Source: an uncultured Acidobacteriota bacterium (GTDB lineage: Bacteria > Acidobacteriota > Vicinamibacteria > Vicinamibacterales > UBA2999). Taken from it: a stretch of DNA of 64,000 nucleotides. The notes under the pieces were generated by a model, which did not search any database, had not been told where the DNA came from, and was given only the letters and a program-made list of their open reading frames with translations. The DNA lies in contig CAVUKN010000007.1 of NCBI GenBank assembly GCA_963742105.1, positions 777,979 through 841,978 on the forward strand, written 5' to 3'. Both the position numbers and the translations under genes were made by a program. This document shows, piece after piece, positions 11,995-22,240 of the stretch (positions are counted from its first letter, which is position 1; each line of letters opens with the position of its first letter).

Positions 11995-13266
11995 CGTCGC
12001 ACCGCGATCAGCCGAGAGCCGGTCCCATCGAACGCGTCACCACAGTCGTCATCGGCGCCGGTCATGCCGGCCTTGCGGCGAGCCGGTTCCTGACCGACCG
12101 GTCGATCGAACACGTCCTGCTCGAGCGCGGCGAGGTGGCGAACTCGTGGCGGCGCGAGCGGTGGGATTCGCTCCGGCTGCTCACGCCGAACTGGCAGACC
12201 CGTTTGCCGGGTCATCACTACGACGGCCCTGAGCCCGACGGCTACATGACCATGGGCGAGATCGTCGAGTTCATCTCCCGCTTCGCCCAACTGTCGCAGG
12301 CGCCGGTTCGCACCGCCACTGCAGTTACGTCTGTCACCCGGACCGATAGTGGCTACCGCATCGCAACGAGCGCGGGTGACATCCAGTGCCGCACGGTGGT
12401 GATCGCCAGCGGCGCGTGCAACCGGCCGGTCGTGCCGGCCGTTCGTGACGCCATGCCGGCCTCGATCGCCCACATCACGCCGTTCGATTACCGCAACCCC
12501 GGCACCCTGCCCGACGGCGGCGTCCTCGTCGTCGGCGCGTCGGCGACCGGTGTGCAGCTGGCGGCGGAAATCGTCCACTCCGGCCGGCCGGTGACGCTCT
12601 CCGTCGGCGAGCACGTCCGGCTGCCGCGGACGTATCGCGGACGCGACATCCTGTGGTGGATGGAGAAGTCGGGCATTTGGAATCAGCGCTACGACGAAGT
12701 CGATGACCTCGCACGGGCGAGACGGCTGCCCTCGCCGCAACTCGTGGGCACGCCCGACCGCGCGACGCTGGACCTCAACGCCCTGATGGCGATGGGTGTC
12801 GACGCTCGTCGGACGATTGTCGACTGTGCGCGACGGGAACGCGCTGTTCTCGGGTGGGCTTCGCAACCAGTTCTCGCTCGCCGACCTCAAGCTGGCGCGG
12901 CTCCTGGAGACGTTCGACGATTGGGCCCGCCGTCATCCGCGACGGCCGGACGTGAGCGCCCCCGAACGCTTCGAGCCGACGCGCGCGCCAGACCCCGCGC
13001 GGCTGAAGCTGGATCTGCGGAACGGCGAGATCCGCAGTGTGGTGTGGGCCACCGGATTCCGGCCAGACTACAGCTGGTTGCATGTGCCGGTCATCGATGA
13101 GAAAGGCTACCTGCGGCACGACGGCGGAGTCGTTGACAGCCCGGGCATGTACGCACTGGGCTTGCCGATGCTGCGGCGGCGGAAGTCGACGTTCATCCAC
13201 GGTGCCGAGGACGACGCCCGCGACATCGTCGACCACCTGGCCGGCTATCTCGCACGAAACGTTTAG
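11991..13266 (+). CDS. FAD/NAD(P)-binding flavoprotein (flavin monooxygenase-like), one apparent frameshift; start uncertain
   Basis: VIGAGHAG, RWDSLRLLTPNW, VVGASATG, VWATGF; frames join near 12800. Confidence 0.85.
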
Positions 13267-13310
13267 AAACGCAGCCAGTGGGGCGACGACGGCAGACGGG
13301 GTAGGCGGCC

Positions 13311-13403
13311 GGTGGGGTCAGGTCTTGAATCGCCACTTTTTTCACGATCGGGGCCAGAGGGCCAGAGCGTGAAAAAACTGTGGATTCAAGACCTGACCCC
13401 ACC
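13311..13403. repeat. long inverted repeat (REP/REPIN-like doublet; possible bidirectional terminator)
   Basis: Perfect 21-bp arms GGTGGGGTCAGGTCTTGAATC (13311-13331) and GATTCAAGACCTGACCCCACC (13383-13403), plus inner TTTTTTCACG/CGTGAAAAAA, between convergent genes. Confidence 0.85.
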
Positions 13404-13465
13404 CGCCGATCACGCACGCCGTGCAAACAGCGCCAGGCGTTGGATGACGACTTGTGCGCGTCTGG

Positions 13466-15401
13466 TCAGGCCGAAACGATCTGTTGACGACCGGCGAACT
13501 GGCTCTGGTAAAGCGCCGCGTAGCGGCCGGCGGCGGCGAGCAGATCGTGATGCGTGCCGCGTTCGACGATGCGGCCGGCTTCCACCATGAGGATGGTGTC
13601 GGCATTCCGAATCGTGGACAGTCGATGTGCGATCACGAAGGTCGTGCGGCCGCGCATCAGTTCGGCCATGGCCCGCTGAATCAACACCTCGGTGCGGCTG
13701 TCGACGCTGCTGGTCGCCTCGTCGAGGATCAGGACCGCGGGGTCGGCCAGAAAGGCGCGGGCGATCGTGAGCAGCTGCTTCTGGCCCTGTGACAGGTTGC
13801 TCGCCTCCTCGTTGATCATCGTGTCGTAGCTGTCGGGCAGGGTCCGGATGAAGTGGTCCGCCTGTGCCATCTGCGCGGCGTGAACGATCTGCGCTTCGCT
13901 CGCGCCGTCACGGCCGTAGGCGATGTTCTCGCGAATCGTGCCCGAGAACAGCCACGTATCCTGAAGCACCATGCCGAACATGCGCCGGAGTGCGCCCCGC
14001 TCGAAGTCGCGGACATCGACGCCGTCGACACGGATCGCACCCGTATCGACGTCGTAGAACCGCATCAGCAGGTTGACCAGGGTCGTCTTGCCGGCGCCGG
14101 TCGGACCGACGATGGCAATCGTTTTCCCCGGGGCGACATCAAGCGACAGGTCCTCGATGACGGGGACGTCCGGCTTGTAGCGGAACCCGACGTGCTCGAA
14201 CTGCACGGCACCGCGCGGTGCCGTGATGACCCTCGCGTCGGGTGCGTCCGGCGACTCCTCGGGTTCGTCGAGCAGCTCGAAGACGCGTTCAGCCGCCACC
14301 ACCGTCAGCTGAATCATGTTGGCGATGCCACTGAGCTGCGTGATCGGCATCGAGAACTGGCGGCCGTACTGGATGAACGCCTGGACGTCGCCGATGACGA
14401 GGCGCTGTCGCGTCACCAGCAGCCCGCCGATCACCGCGATCAACACGAACCCGAGGTTGCCCACGAACATCATGGTGGGAAAGATAATGCCGCTGACGAA
14501 CTGAGCCCGCCAGGCGCCGTCGTAGTACTCGGTATTGAGGGCGTCGAAGGTCGCAATCGACTTCTCCTCGTGACCGAACGCCGTCACGATCGTGTGACCG
14601 GCATACATCTCGGCGACATGACCGTTGAGCGCGCCAAGGGCCTTCTGCTGCTGCATGAAGAATTTCTGCGACCGCTTGGCGATGCGCGCCACGATCACGA
14701 TGCTCAACGGCAGCGTCAGCACGATGGTGAGGGTGAGGATCCAGCTGATGGTCAGCATCATCACCACGACGCCGATGAGCGTCAGCGCCGAGGTGAGAAG
14801 CTGCGTGAGGTTCTGCTGAAGCGTGCCGCTGATGCTGTCGAGGTCGTTCACCGCACGGCTCATCAACTCACCGCGGGTGCGGGAATCAAAGAACTGCAGT
14901 GGCAGTCGATCGAATTTGGCCTCGACTTCACGCCGCAAGGTATACACGGTCTTCTGCGCAATCCCCGCCATCAGGGTACTGCATCAGATACGTGAACGCG
15001 TTGCCAACCACATACAGGCCGATCAAGCCTGCCAGGAGCCGGCCGATGTACGCGAAGTCGATCCCGGCCCCTGGTGCTCCCGAGGAACGCGCGACCGCAC
15101 CTTCGTAGATCTTCGTTGTCGCCAGACCGAGAAGCTTCGGACCGAGGACGCTGAACACGGTTCCGACCGCGCCAGCGGCGATCACCACGACCAGCGCGTT
15201 GCGATGCGGACGTAGATAACCGGACAGACGCCGGAGCGTGCCCTTGAAATCCTTGGCCTTCTGCGTCGGCAGTCCGATCCCGCCAATCGGCCGGTTGCCG
15301 AACAACGGCGGCGGCGTGCGCGGTGCGGTGCCGCCCGGAGAGAGGCCGGCGCCGCCGTGCGCCTGTCCTGACGGTGCCGGCGGTCGCGGTGGGGTGCTCA
15401 T
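13466..15401 (-). CDS. ABC exporter, fused TMD-NBD (heterodimer subunit 2), one apparent frameshift
   Basis: GPTGAGKTT, LSQGQKQ, ILDEATSS, IAHRLST; N-terminal piece 14928-15401 joins near 14972. Confidence 0.92.
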
Positions 15402-17131
15402 GCGACCTCCTCGAGCGACATCTGCGACGCGACGATATCGCGATAGACCGCGCTCGAGTCGAGCAGTTCCCTGTGCGTGCCGATTCCAGCCACGCGGCCG
15501 TTGTCGAGAACGACGATGCGATCGGCGTTGACGACGGTGCTGATGCGCTGCGCGACGATGAACACCGTGGCGTGCGCGGTTTCGGGCCTGAGCGCGGCGC
15601 GCAGGCGGGCATCGGTGACGAAGTCGAGTGCCGAGAAGCTGTCGTCGAAGACGTACACGTCAGGCTGACGCACGAGGGCGCGGGCGATGGCCAGCCGCTG
15701 CTTCTGGCCGCCGGAGAGGTTGATGCCGCCCTGCGCGATCATCGAGCCAAACGCGTCGGGCATGGCGTCGATGAACTCGATGGCCTGCGCGACCGTCGCC
15801 GCGTGCCGGACCTGCTCGTCGGTGGCGTCCTGGCGCCCGTAGCGGATGTTGGCCGCTACGGTCCCGGTGAAGAGGACCGCCGTCTGAGGGACGAAGCCGA
15901 TGCGCTCGCGCAGCGCCGCCTGGGGCAGATCGCGAACGTCAACGCCATCCAGCAAAACCCGCCCGGCGTTGACGTCGTAGAAGCGGGGGATGAGGCCGGC
16001 CAGGGTCGACTTTCCCGATCCGGTCCCGCCGATGATCGCGGTGACCTCGCCGGGTTGTGCCGAGAACGATATGCCGGACAGCGCCGGTTCTTCGGCGCCG
16101 GGATACTGAAACGTCACCTGATCGAATTCCACTCGACCGCGAGACGCGGGCGGAAGCGGCGCCGCAGCGACGTTGCGGTCGCCGACCTCCGGTACAAGAT
16201 CCAGCACCTCGTTGATCCGTGTTGCCGCCGCCGCCGCGCGTGGCAGCATGACGAAGACGGCCGTCACCATGAACACGGCGAAGAGGATCTGCATCGCGTA
16301 CTGCAGCGACGAAATCATCACACCCACCGGCATCAGCCCCTGGTCGATCCGATGGCTGGCCACCCAGACGATGGCGAGGTTCGTGAAATTCAGCATCAGG
16401 AAGAGCGCCGGCATCAGAATAGCCATCAGTCGATTGACCGTCACCGCCGTGTTCGTGGCATCCAGGTTCGCGGCGTCGAATCGCGCGCGCTGACGGTCGC
16501 CCCGATCGAAGGCGCGGATCACACGTACGCCGCTCAGCCCCTCACCGAGCACCAGGTTCAGCCGATCGATCTTCGACTGCATGGCGGTGGAGAGCGGCAC
16601 CGCGCGTCGCAGGATGACGATGAAGATGACGGCCATCACCGGGATCACCGACACCAGCACCCAGGCGAGCTGCGGGTCCTGCGACAGCGCCAGGATGACG
16701 CCGCCAACCGCCATCATCGGCGCGGCGATCACCATGGTGAGCATCATGATCAGCATCTGCTGCACCTGGGTCGTGTCGTTGGTCGTCCGCGTCATCAGCG
16801 ACGCGGAGCCGATCTGGTTGAACTGATGGATCGACAGGCGCGACGCCCGGGCGAAGATGGCTCCCCGCAGCGCCCGGCCGAAACCGGTAGCGACCCGGGC
16901 CGAGAAGAAGCTGCCGGCGACGGCACAGAGGGTTGCGACGATCGACAGCGCCAGCATCAACCCGCCGATTTTCAGGATGACGCCTTGATCGCCGTGGACG
17001 ATGCCGCGGTCGACGATGTCAGCCATCAGTCGCGGGGGCAGCAGCGCGCCGACCGACTGCGCGAGCGCCAGGACGAGTACCAGCGCGACATACCGTCGAA
17101 AGGGGGCGAGAAACCGCGAGAGCTTCAACAT
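15398..17131 (-). CDS. ABC exporter, fused TMD-NBD (heterodimer subunit 1, degenerate site)
   Basis: GGTGSGKST, LSGGQKQR, Walker B FDDSFSALD (Asp for Glu), VAQR (Gln for His), as in TM287/288-type heterodimers. Confidence 0.93.
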   Translation of the reverse strand: MLKLSRFLAPFRRYVALVLVLALAQSVGALLPPRLMADIVDRGIVHGDQGVILKIGGLMLALSIVATLCAVAGSFFSARVATGFGRALRGAIFARASRLSIHQFNQIGSASLMTRTTNDTTQVQQMLIMMLTMVIAAPMMAVGGVILALSQDPQLAWVLVSVIPVMAVIFIVILRRAVPLSTAMQSKIDRLNLVLGEGLSGVRVIRAFDRGDRQRARFDAANLDATNTAVTVNRLMAILMPALFLMLNFTNLAIVWVASHRIDQGLMPVGVMISSLQYAMQILFAVFMVTAVFVMLPRAAAAATRINEVLDLVPEVGDRNVAAAPLPPASRGRVEFDQVTFQYPGAEEPALSGISFSAQPGEVTAIIGGTGSGKSTLAGLIPRFYDVNAGRVLLDGVDVRDLPQAALRERIGFVPQTAVLFTGTVAANIRYGRQDATDEQVRHAATVAQAIEFIDAMPDAFGSMIAQGGINLSGGQKQRLAIARALVRQPDVYVFDDSFSALDFVTDARLRAALRPETAHATVFIVAQRISTVVNADRIVVLDNGRVAGIGTHRELLDSSAVYRDIVASQMSLEEVA

Positions 17132-17405
17132 CGATGCTTCACCAAACCGTCAACTGACAAGGCCGTCCACGGTGCGCAGGCATCGCGTCGCGGAACGGGC
17201 ACACCTCGAGATCACACAGACTATCGCACGCCCGGTGTGGGTCACAGGAATCGGGGTTGGGTCAGGCGAGGCAGCGGCCGCCAGGACCAGCAGGAACGCA
17301 TCCCGAGCGCACATCACCAATAATCGGACTCAATCTCGAAATAGCGCGACCCTGGGTCACGATCGGCAGGTGCACTACTATCTGCTCATCATTCCAGGAG
17401 TTGCC

Positions 17406-18767
17406 ATGAATCGTCGAGACTTCCTCCTTACGACGGGTGTGCTCACACTTGCCCCCGCCTCAAGTTCGTTGCGGGCCTTTTCCCGAGGTGCTGCGTCGAA
17501 ACCAGACCACACAATCCGCATTACCACGGCATCGCTCGAAGTGGCGAAGGGGCGTGTCGTGCAGACGACCGGCTACAACGGCGGTGTCCCCGGTCCGCTG
17601 ATCCGCCTGAAGCAGGGTGTTCCGGTCACGATGGATCTGATCAACGAAACCAGCCAACCGGAGTTCATCCACTTCCACGGCCTGGCGACGTCGATCATCG
17701 TCGACGGCGCCGAAGAGGAGGGGAGTCCCGTCCTCGCCGCGGGTGCCACACGACGCATCACGTTTACGCCCATGCAGCCGGGCAACCGCTGGTATCACAC
17801 GCACACGATGGCGATGGACGACGTGAGCAAGGGTGCCTATTCGGGGCAGTACGGCTTTCTCTACGTCGAACCGAAAGCGGACCCCGGGCGTTTCGATCAG
17901 GAAGTGTTTCTCGCCGCCCGTCACTGGGAGCCGAAGATCGTCCATCGTCCCGAGCCGCCCAACATGGATTGGACCGTGACCTACGGCATCTCGTCGCTCG
18001 GCGAAAAGGCGCTTGGACATGGCGAGCCGGTGCGCGTGAAGGAAGGGCAGCGCGTGCTGTTCCACCTGTTGAATGCGTCGGCGACCCGGCAGGTGACGCT
18101 GGCGCTGCCGGGACACCGTATGGAGGTGGTCGCGCTCGACGGCAACCCGGTGCCACGACCGCAGATGGTGGATGGCGTGCAACTGGCCGTGGCCGAACGC
18201 GCCGACGTCATCGTCGAGATGAACAATCCCGGCGTGTGGATCCTGGGGGCGCCGCGCGATCAGGATCGGACCGACGGAATGGGCGTAGTGATTGAGTACG
18301 CCGGTCGAAGCGGCGACCCGCAATGGAAGGCGATCACGCTGCCGCCGTGGGACTACACGCAGTTCATGGACGCGACGCCGCGCAGCCTCGCCGCGCCGGA
18401 CGGGACGTTCGAGATCGAGTTCCACATGATGCCGGACGAGGGCAAGCCGTTCAACCGGTGGGTGATGAACGGCAAGGACTTCCCGCACACCGACCCGATC
18501 AAGGTGAAGAAGGGAAAACGCTATCGTCTCCTGCTGCACAACGGTCACGAAGACGGCCATCCGATGCACCTGCATCGCCACCTGTTCGAAGTAGTGAAGT
18601 TCGGCGACAAGCCCGTGTCGGGCATGTTCAAGGACACGGTCAACGTACCGCGGGATCAGGTCGTGGAAGTGGAGTTCGTGGCCGACAACCCTGGTCCATC
18701 GCTGCTGCACTGCCATATGCAGCAGCACATGGACTACGGGCTGAAGACGTTGATCACTTATGCGTAG
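17406..18767 (+). CDS. Tat-exported three-domain multicopper oxidase
   Basis: RBS AGGAG; MNRRDFL Tat motif; copper motifs HFHG, WYHTH, HPMHLH, HCHMQQH. Confidence 0.92.
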   Translation: MNRRDFLLTTGVLTLAPASSSLRAFSRGAASKPDHTIRITTASLEVAKGRVVQTTGYNGGVPGPLIRLKQGVPVTMDLINETSQPEFIHFHGLATSIIVDGAEEEGSPVLAAGATRRITFTPMQPGNRWYHTHTMAMDDVSKGAYSGQYGFLYVEPKADPGRFDQEVFLAARHWEPKIVHRPEPPNMDWTVTYGISSLGEKALGHGEPVRVKEGQRVLFHLLNASATRQVTLALPGHRMEVVALDGNPVPRPQMVDGVQLAVAERADVIVEMNNPGVWILGAPRDQDRTDGMGVVIEYAGRSGDPQWKAITLPPWDYTQFMDATPRSLAAPDGTFEIEFHMMPDEGKPFNRWVMNGKDFPHTDPIKVKKGKRYRLLLHNGHEDGHPMHLHRHLFEVVKFGDKPVSGMFKDTVNVPRDQVVEVEFVADNPGPSLLHCHMQQHMDYGLKTLITYA

Positions 18768-18920
18768 GTAAGACTGACGCCAGAACTTCCAGACTTCCCA
18801 ACGTATTAACCATCGGGTCTCCGAGTGCGTCGCCCACGCTCGTGAGTGGAATCGCACGGTGAGGGCAGCCGCTCTCACGTTTTTATTCGCTGATCAGATC
18901 TTGACAGGTGGTTAGCGGTG

Positions 18921-19619
18921 TCACACCACTGTGCCGAACAACCTGCCGACTGTGGCGGTGATGCCCATCGCGAGGGCTCCCCAGAAGGCCACGCGCCCAG
19001 ACGCCCTGAGCACCGGCGCTCCACCGGTCTGTGCCGCGACGGCGCCGAGTGCGGTGAGAAACACCAGCGACGTGCCGGCTACGACGACGCCAACAGATGA
19101 TGCCGGGGCGACGAGCGCAGCCAGCAGAGGCAATGCCGCACCCGCTGCGAATGTGGACGCGGATGTCAGCGCCGCCTGGACAGGGCGCGCACTGACACCT
19201 TCGGACATGCCAAGTTCATCTCTTGCATGGGCTGCCAAGGCGTTGTGAGCCATCAACTGCTCCGCGACTTCTGCCGCGAGTGTCGCCGTCAGCCCGCGCT
19301 TGACGTAGATCGCCGCCAACTCCCGTCGCTCGAATTCCGGCTGATCGGTCAACTCTTTACGCTCGCGGGTGAGGTCTGCTTGTTCCGTGTCGGCCTGCGA
19401 GCTGACCGACACGAACTCGCCGGCGGCCATTGACATCGCGCCTGCCACCAGCCCGGCGATTCCGGCGACGAGCATCTCGCCCCGCCCGGTACTAGCAGCT
19501 GCGACGCCAACGATCAGACTCGCGGTAGACACGATCCCATCGTTTGCTCCGAGGACCGCCGCCCGGAGCCAACCAATGCGTTCGGTTCGATGTCGTTCGA
19601 GATGAACACTTCGAAGCAT
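18921..19619 (-). CDS. VIT1/CCC1-family Fe/Mn transporter
   Basis: WLRAAVLGANDGIVS, AGAMSMAAGEFVSVSSQ, HARDELG. Confidence 0.92.
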   Translation of the reverse strand: MLRSVHLERHRTERIGWLRAAVLGANDGIVSTASLIVGVAAASTGRGEMLVAGIAGLVAGAMSMAAGEFVSVSSQADTEQADLTRERKELTDQPEFERRELAAIYVKRGLTATLAAEVAEQLMAHNALAAHARDELGMSEGVSARPVQAALTSASTFAAGAALPLLAALVAPASSVGVVVAGTSLVFLTALGAVAAQTGGAPVLRASGRVAFWGALAMGITATVGRLFGTVV

Positions 19620-19814
19620 AACGGCAGTGTAGACCAGGCGTCGCAGAGGAGTTGACGGCCCGACACGGGTAGAGGAACCCGCATCTCGAATCGTACAGAG
19701 ACAGTGCAGGGCTGGGTGCTCGCCGATCGTCTCTCATATGGAATGTCAGGTGCCGCGCGGTCGCAGCTCCGTCCACCGACCGTCGCGTACACCTGGGAAG
19801 CACACCGCGGATTA

Positions 19815-19931
19815 TTCGGCGGGTGGTTACCACCGGTCGCCGGCGCGGTCTTCCCGGAGGTTGTCGATTTGGCGGCAGTCCTCAACGCGCTCCGCGCCGC
19901 CGTCCCGGGCGGTGAACTGAGCGGCTACTAG
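19815..19931 (+). pseudogene. remnant C-terminus of a heavy-metal P1B-type ATPase
   Basis: [26 protein letters not shown] matches the final helix motif (P..GA..QE..D....LNALR); no upstream ATPase domains. Confidence 0.6.
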
Positions 19932-20251
19932 ACCGGCGAGCGTGCGCGTGCCGCCCGTCCCTGAACGCCGAACATGATGTGCACCGACAAGGGATCCAGT
20001 ACTCCTTCGGTGCACGGATCACCGCGCCCACGAGATAACGCACGTTCGCGTGCCTTCCCCTCCGGCGCGTCTTAAATACAAGCGACCACCCGACCACTCG
20101 ATGCTGTAACGGCAGAGTAGTGGACCACCAGTTCCCGTGAACATCTGACACCCGCGAGCGTGGTGTGATGAATCACTGCGAGGTCTGAAAGAAATTCCGC
20201 CGTCCAGAGACTATTGATCTGACCCGAACGAATTGTGCGTAGCACGATCCG

Positions 20252-20764
20252 ATGACGACAAAAGAGGTATTCGAGCAGGTTGTGCGCGACCACCACGCCA
20301 TGATCCATCGCATCGCTGCGAGCTACGAAGCGAGGACGGCGTTGGTCGACGACCTCGTGCAGGACGTGTATATCGCCATCTGGCAGGCGCTGCCTGCGTT
20401 CCGTGGGGAATCGTCGATCCGCACGTTCGTGGCACGGATCGCGACCAATCGGGCCATCACGCACGTCGCGCGTGCCAGCCGGCGCCCCATCAACGTGGAG
20501 TTGAGCGAACAGCTGCCGGCGCGCGACGCCGATCCGGAGCGTCAGGCGATCGCACAGGACCGGCGCGCCAGACTCTCCTCGGCCATCCGCGCCATGCCGT
20601 TGACTTATCGGCACGTCGCCCTGCTCGCGCTGGAGGGGCTGACGGCCAGAGAAATTGCCGACGTGCTGGGCATTTCATCCAATGCCGTCGCCATTCGACT
20701 GTCGCGGGCGAAGGACTGGCTCCGCGCGCATATGGAGACACGCTGTGACCGCACCTCACGATGA
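20252..20764 (+). CDS. ECF RNA polymerase sigma factor
   Basis: DDLVQDVYIAIW, FRGESSIRTFVARIATN, LEGLTAREIADVLG...RLSRAK. Confidence 0.92.
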   Translation: MTTKEVFEQVVRDHHAMIHRIAASYEARTALVDDLVQDVYIAIWQALPAFRGESSIRTFVARIATNRAITHVARASRRPINVELSEQLPARDADPERQAIAQDRRARLSSAIRAMPLTYRHVALLALEGLTAREIADVLGISSNAVAIRLSRAKDWLRAHMETRCDRTSR

Positions 20765-21335
20765 TTATTGGGACGACCTCGGTGTGGTGTGGCGCGCCAT
20801 CGATCCGGACGTCTCGGCGATTGCGCCGCGGATCGAGGCGCGCGTACGGCGCCAGTCGGTGCAAATCGTCGCGACGCTCGTGGTCGGACTGCCGCTCAGC
20901 GCGATCGGCGTCTCCCTGGGCGTGCTCACGATCTGGCGTGGCTGGACGGCGGGATCCGTGCACTTCGTCACCCGTGGCCTCGCCATCGTGACGATTGCGG
21001 GCCTGATGGGTCTCGCGATGCTGTCGCTGCTCCGCGTCAGGGCCGGTCGCGCGGTAGCGGTATCTGACATGTTGGAGCTGTCGATCGCCCGCGCCCAACG
21101 TGTGGTGATCGGCATCCGCCTGGGAATGGCTGCGTGCATGGTCGGTGCCGTCATGGGGTTGGTGGGGACCGCCATCAGAACTCGCGTCAGCGGCCCCCCG
21201 CTGATGTCACCAATCGTCGACCTCGTGTTGCTCGCCCTGAGCGCAGCCGGGTTGTTCGCGTGGGGACGCAACGTACGGGTTCAACTCGGGCGGTTGCAGG
21301 CGGTGAAGCGCGCCCTACGCGATGGTCGTGATTGA
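20745..21335 (+). CDS. 4-TM membrane protein, putative anti-sigma factor
   Basis: GTG at 20745 with GGAG RBS overlapping the sigma 3' end; WDDL..VW N-terminus; four hydrophobic helices. Confidence 0.65.
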   Translation: MTAPHDDYWDDLGVVWRAIDPDVSAIAPRIEARVRRQSVQIVATLVVGLPLSAIGVSLGVLTIWRGWTAGSVHFVTRGLAIVTIAGLMGLAMLSLLRVRAGRAVAVSDMLELSIARAQRVVIGIRLGMAACMVGAVMGLVGTAIRTRVSGPPLMSPIVDLVLLALSAAGLFAWGRNVRVQLGRLQAVKRALRDGRD

Positions 21336-22240
21336 TGCTCGTTGAGGCTGAAGGTTTGTGGAAGCGGTTCAAGGGGGTTGCGGTGTTACAGGGACTGAGC
21401 CTGGCCGTCCCTGAGGGCAGCACCCTTGCCCTGATCGGCGCGAACGGCGCGGGTAAGACGACGACGATGAGGGTGCTGATGAACCTGCTTGAACCGACCG
21501 CAGGCAAGGCCACCGTGCTCGGCGTCGATACGCGCCGGCTCTCTACCCGCCAGTTGGCGCAGATCGGATACGTCTCCGAACACCAGGAACTGCCCGCACG
21601 CATGACGGTTTCCGGTTACATGGATTATCTACGCACCTTCTATCCGGCGTGGGACCGGAGCCTCGAAGACGAGATCGTCGGCCAGTTCCGCCTGCCGCCA
21701 GACCGAAGAATTGGCCACTTGTCTCATGGCATGCGGATCAAGACGGCGCTTGCGTGTGCGTTGCCGTTTCGGCCAAGACTGTTGATGCTGGATGAGCCGC
21801 TCACCGGCCTCGATCCGCTCGTCCGCGACGAATTCATTGACCGCCTGCAACGGCAGGCCGGCGGAACAACGATTCTCATCTCCTCGCACGAGCTCGCCGA
21901 GATTGAAGAGGTGACGACGCACGTCGCCTTCGTGGATCGTGGTCAGGTCAGGTTTCAAGAAGCACTCAGTGATCTGACGGCGCGCGTGCGCCGAGTCACT
22001 GTGCTGCTCGCCGAGGATGTGCCCACCCCCGCCCGGTTGCCAAGCGAATGGCTCGACGTGCGGCGCACGGGAAGAACCGTGAGCTTCATCGACAGGCAGT
22101 ACTCCGCGACCAATCTGCCGGCGAAGGTGGCGTCGGTCCTCGGCACTGTCAATCGGATCGAGACAGACACGATCGCTCTGCGGACGATTTACACATCGTT
22201 GGCCCGCGCGGCGCGCGATGAGCAGGAGGCGTCCGCATGA
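21335..22240 (+). CDS. ABC transporter ATP-binding protein
   Basis: GANGAGKTT, LSHGM, MLDEP, SSH. Confidence 0.92.
   Translation: MLVEAEGLWKRFKGVAVLQGLSLAVPEGSTLALIGANGAGKTTTMRVLMNLLEPTAGKATVLGVDTRRLSTRQLAQIGYVSEHQELPARMTVSGYMDYLRTFYPAWDRSLEDEIVGQFRLPPDRRIGHLSHGMRIKTALACALPFRPRLLMLDEPLTGLDPLVRDEFIDRLQRQAGGTTILISSHELAEIEEVTTHVAFVDRGQVRFQEALSDLTARVRRVTVLLAEDVPTPARLPSEWLDVRRTGRTVSFIDRQYSATNLPAKVASVLGTVNRIETDTIALRTIYTSLARAARDEQEASA

Noticed and set aside
15323-17323. Long antisense and alternate-frame ORFs (666 aa here; also 52482-53864, 17460-18878, 62709-63995)
   Set aside because: Shadow ORFs expected opposite real genes in high-GC DNA; Arg/His-rich and motif-free.
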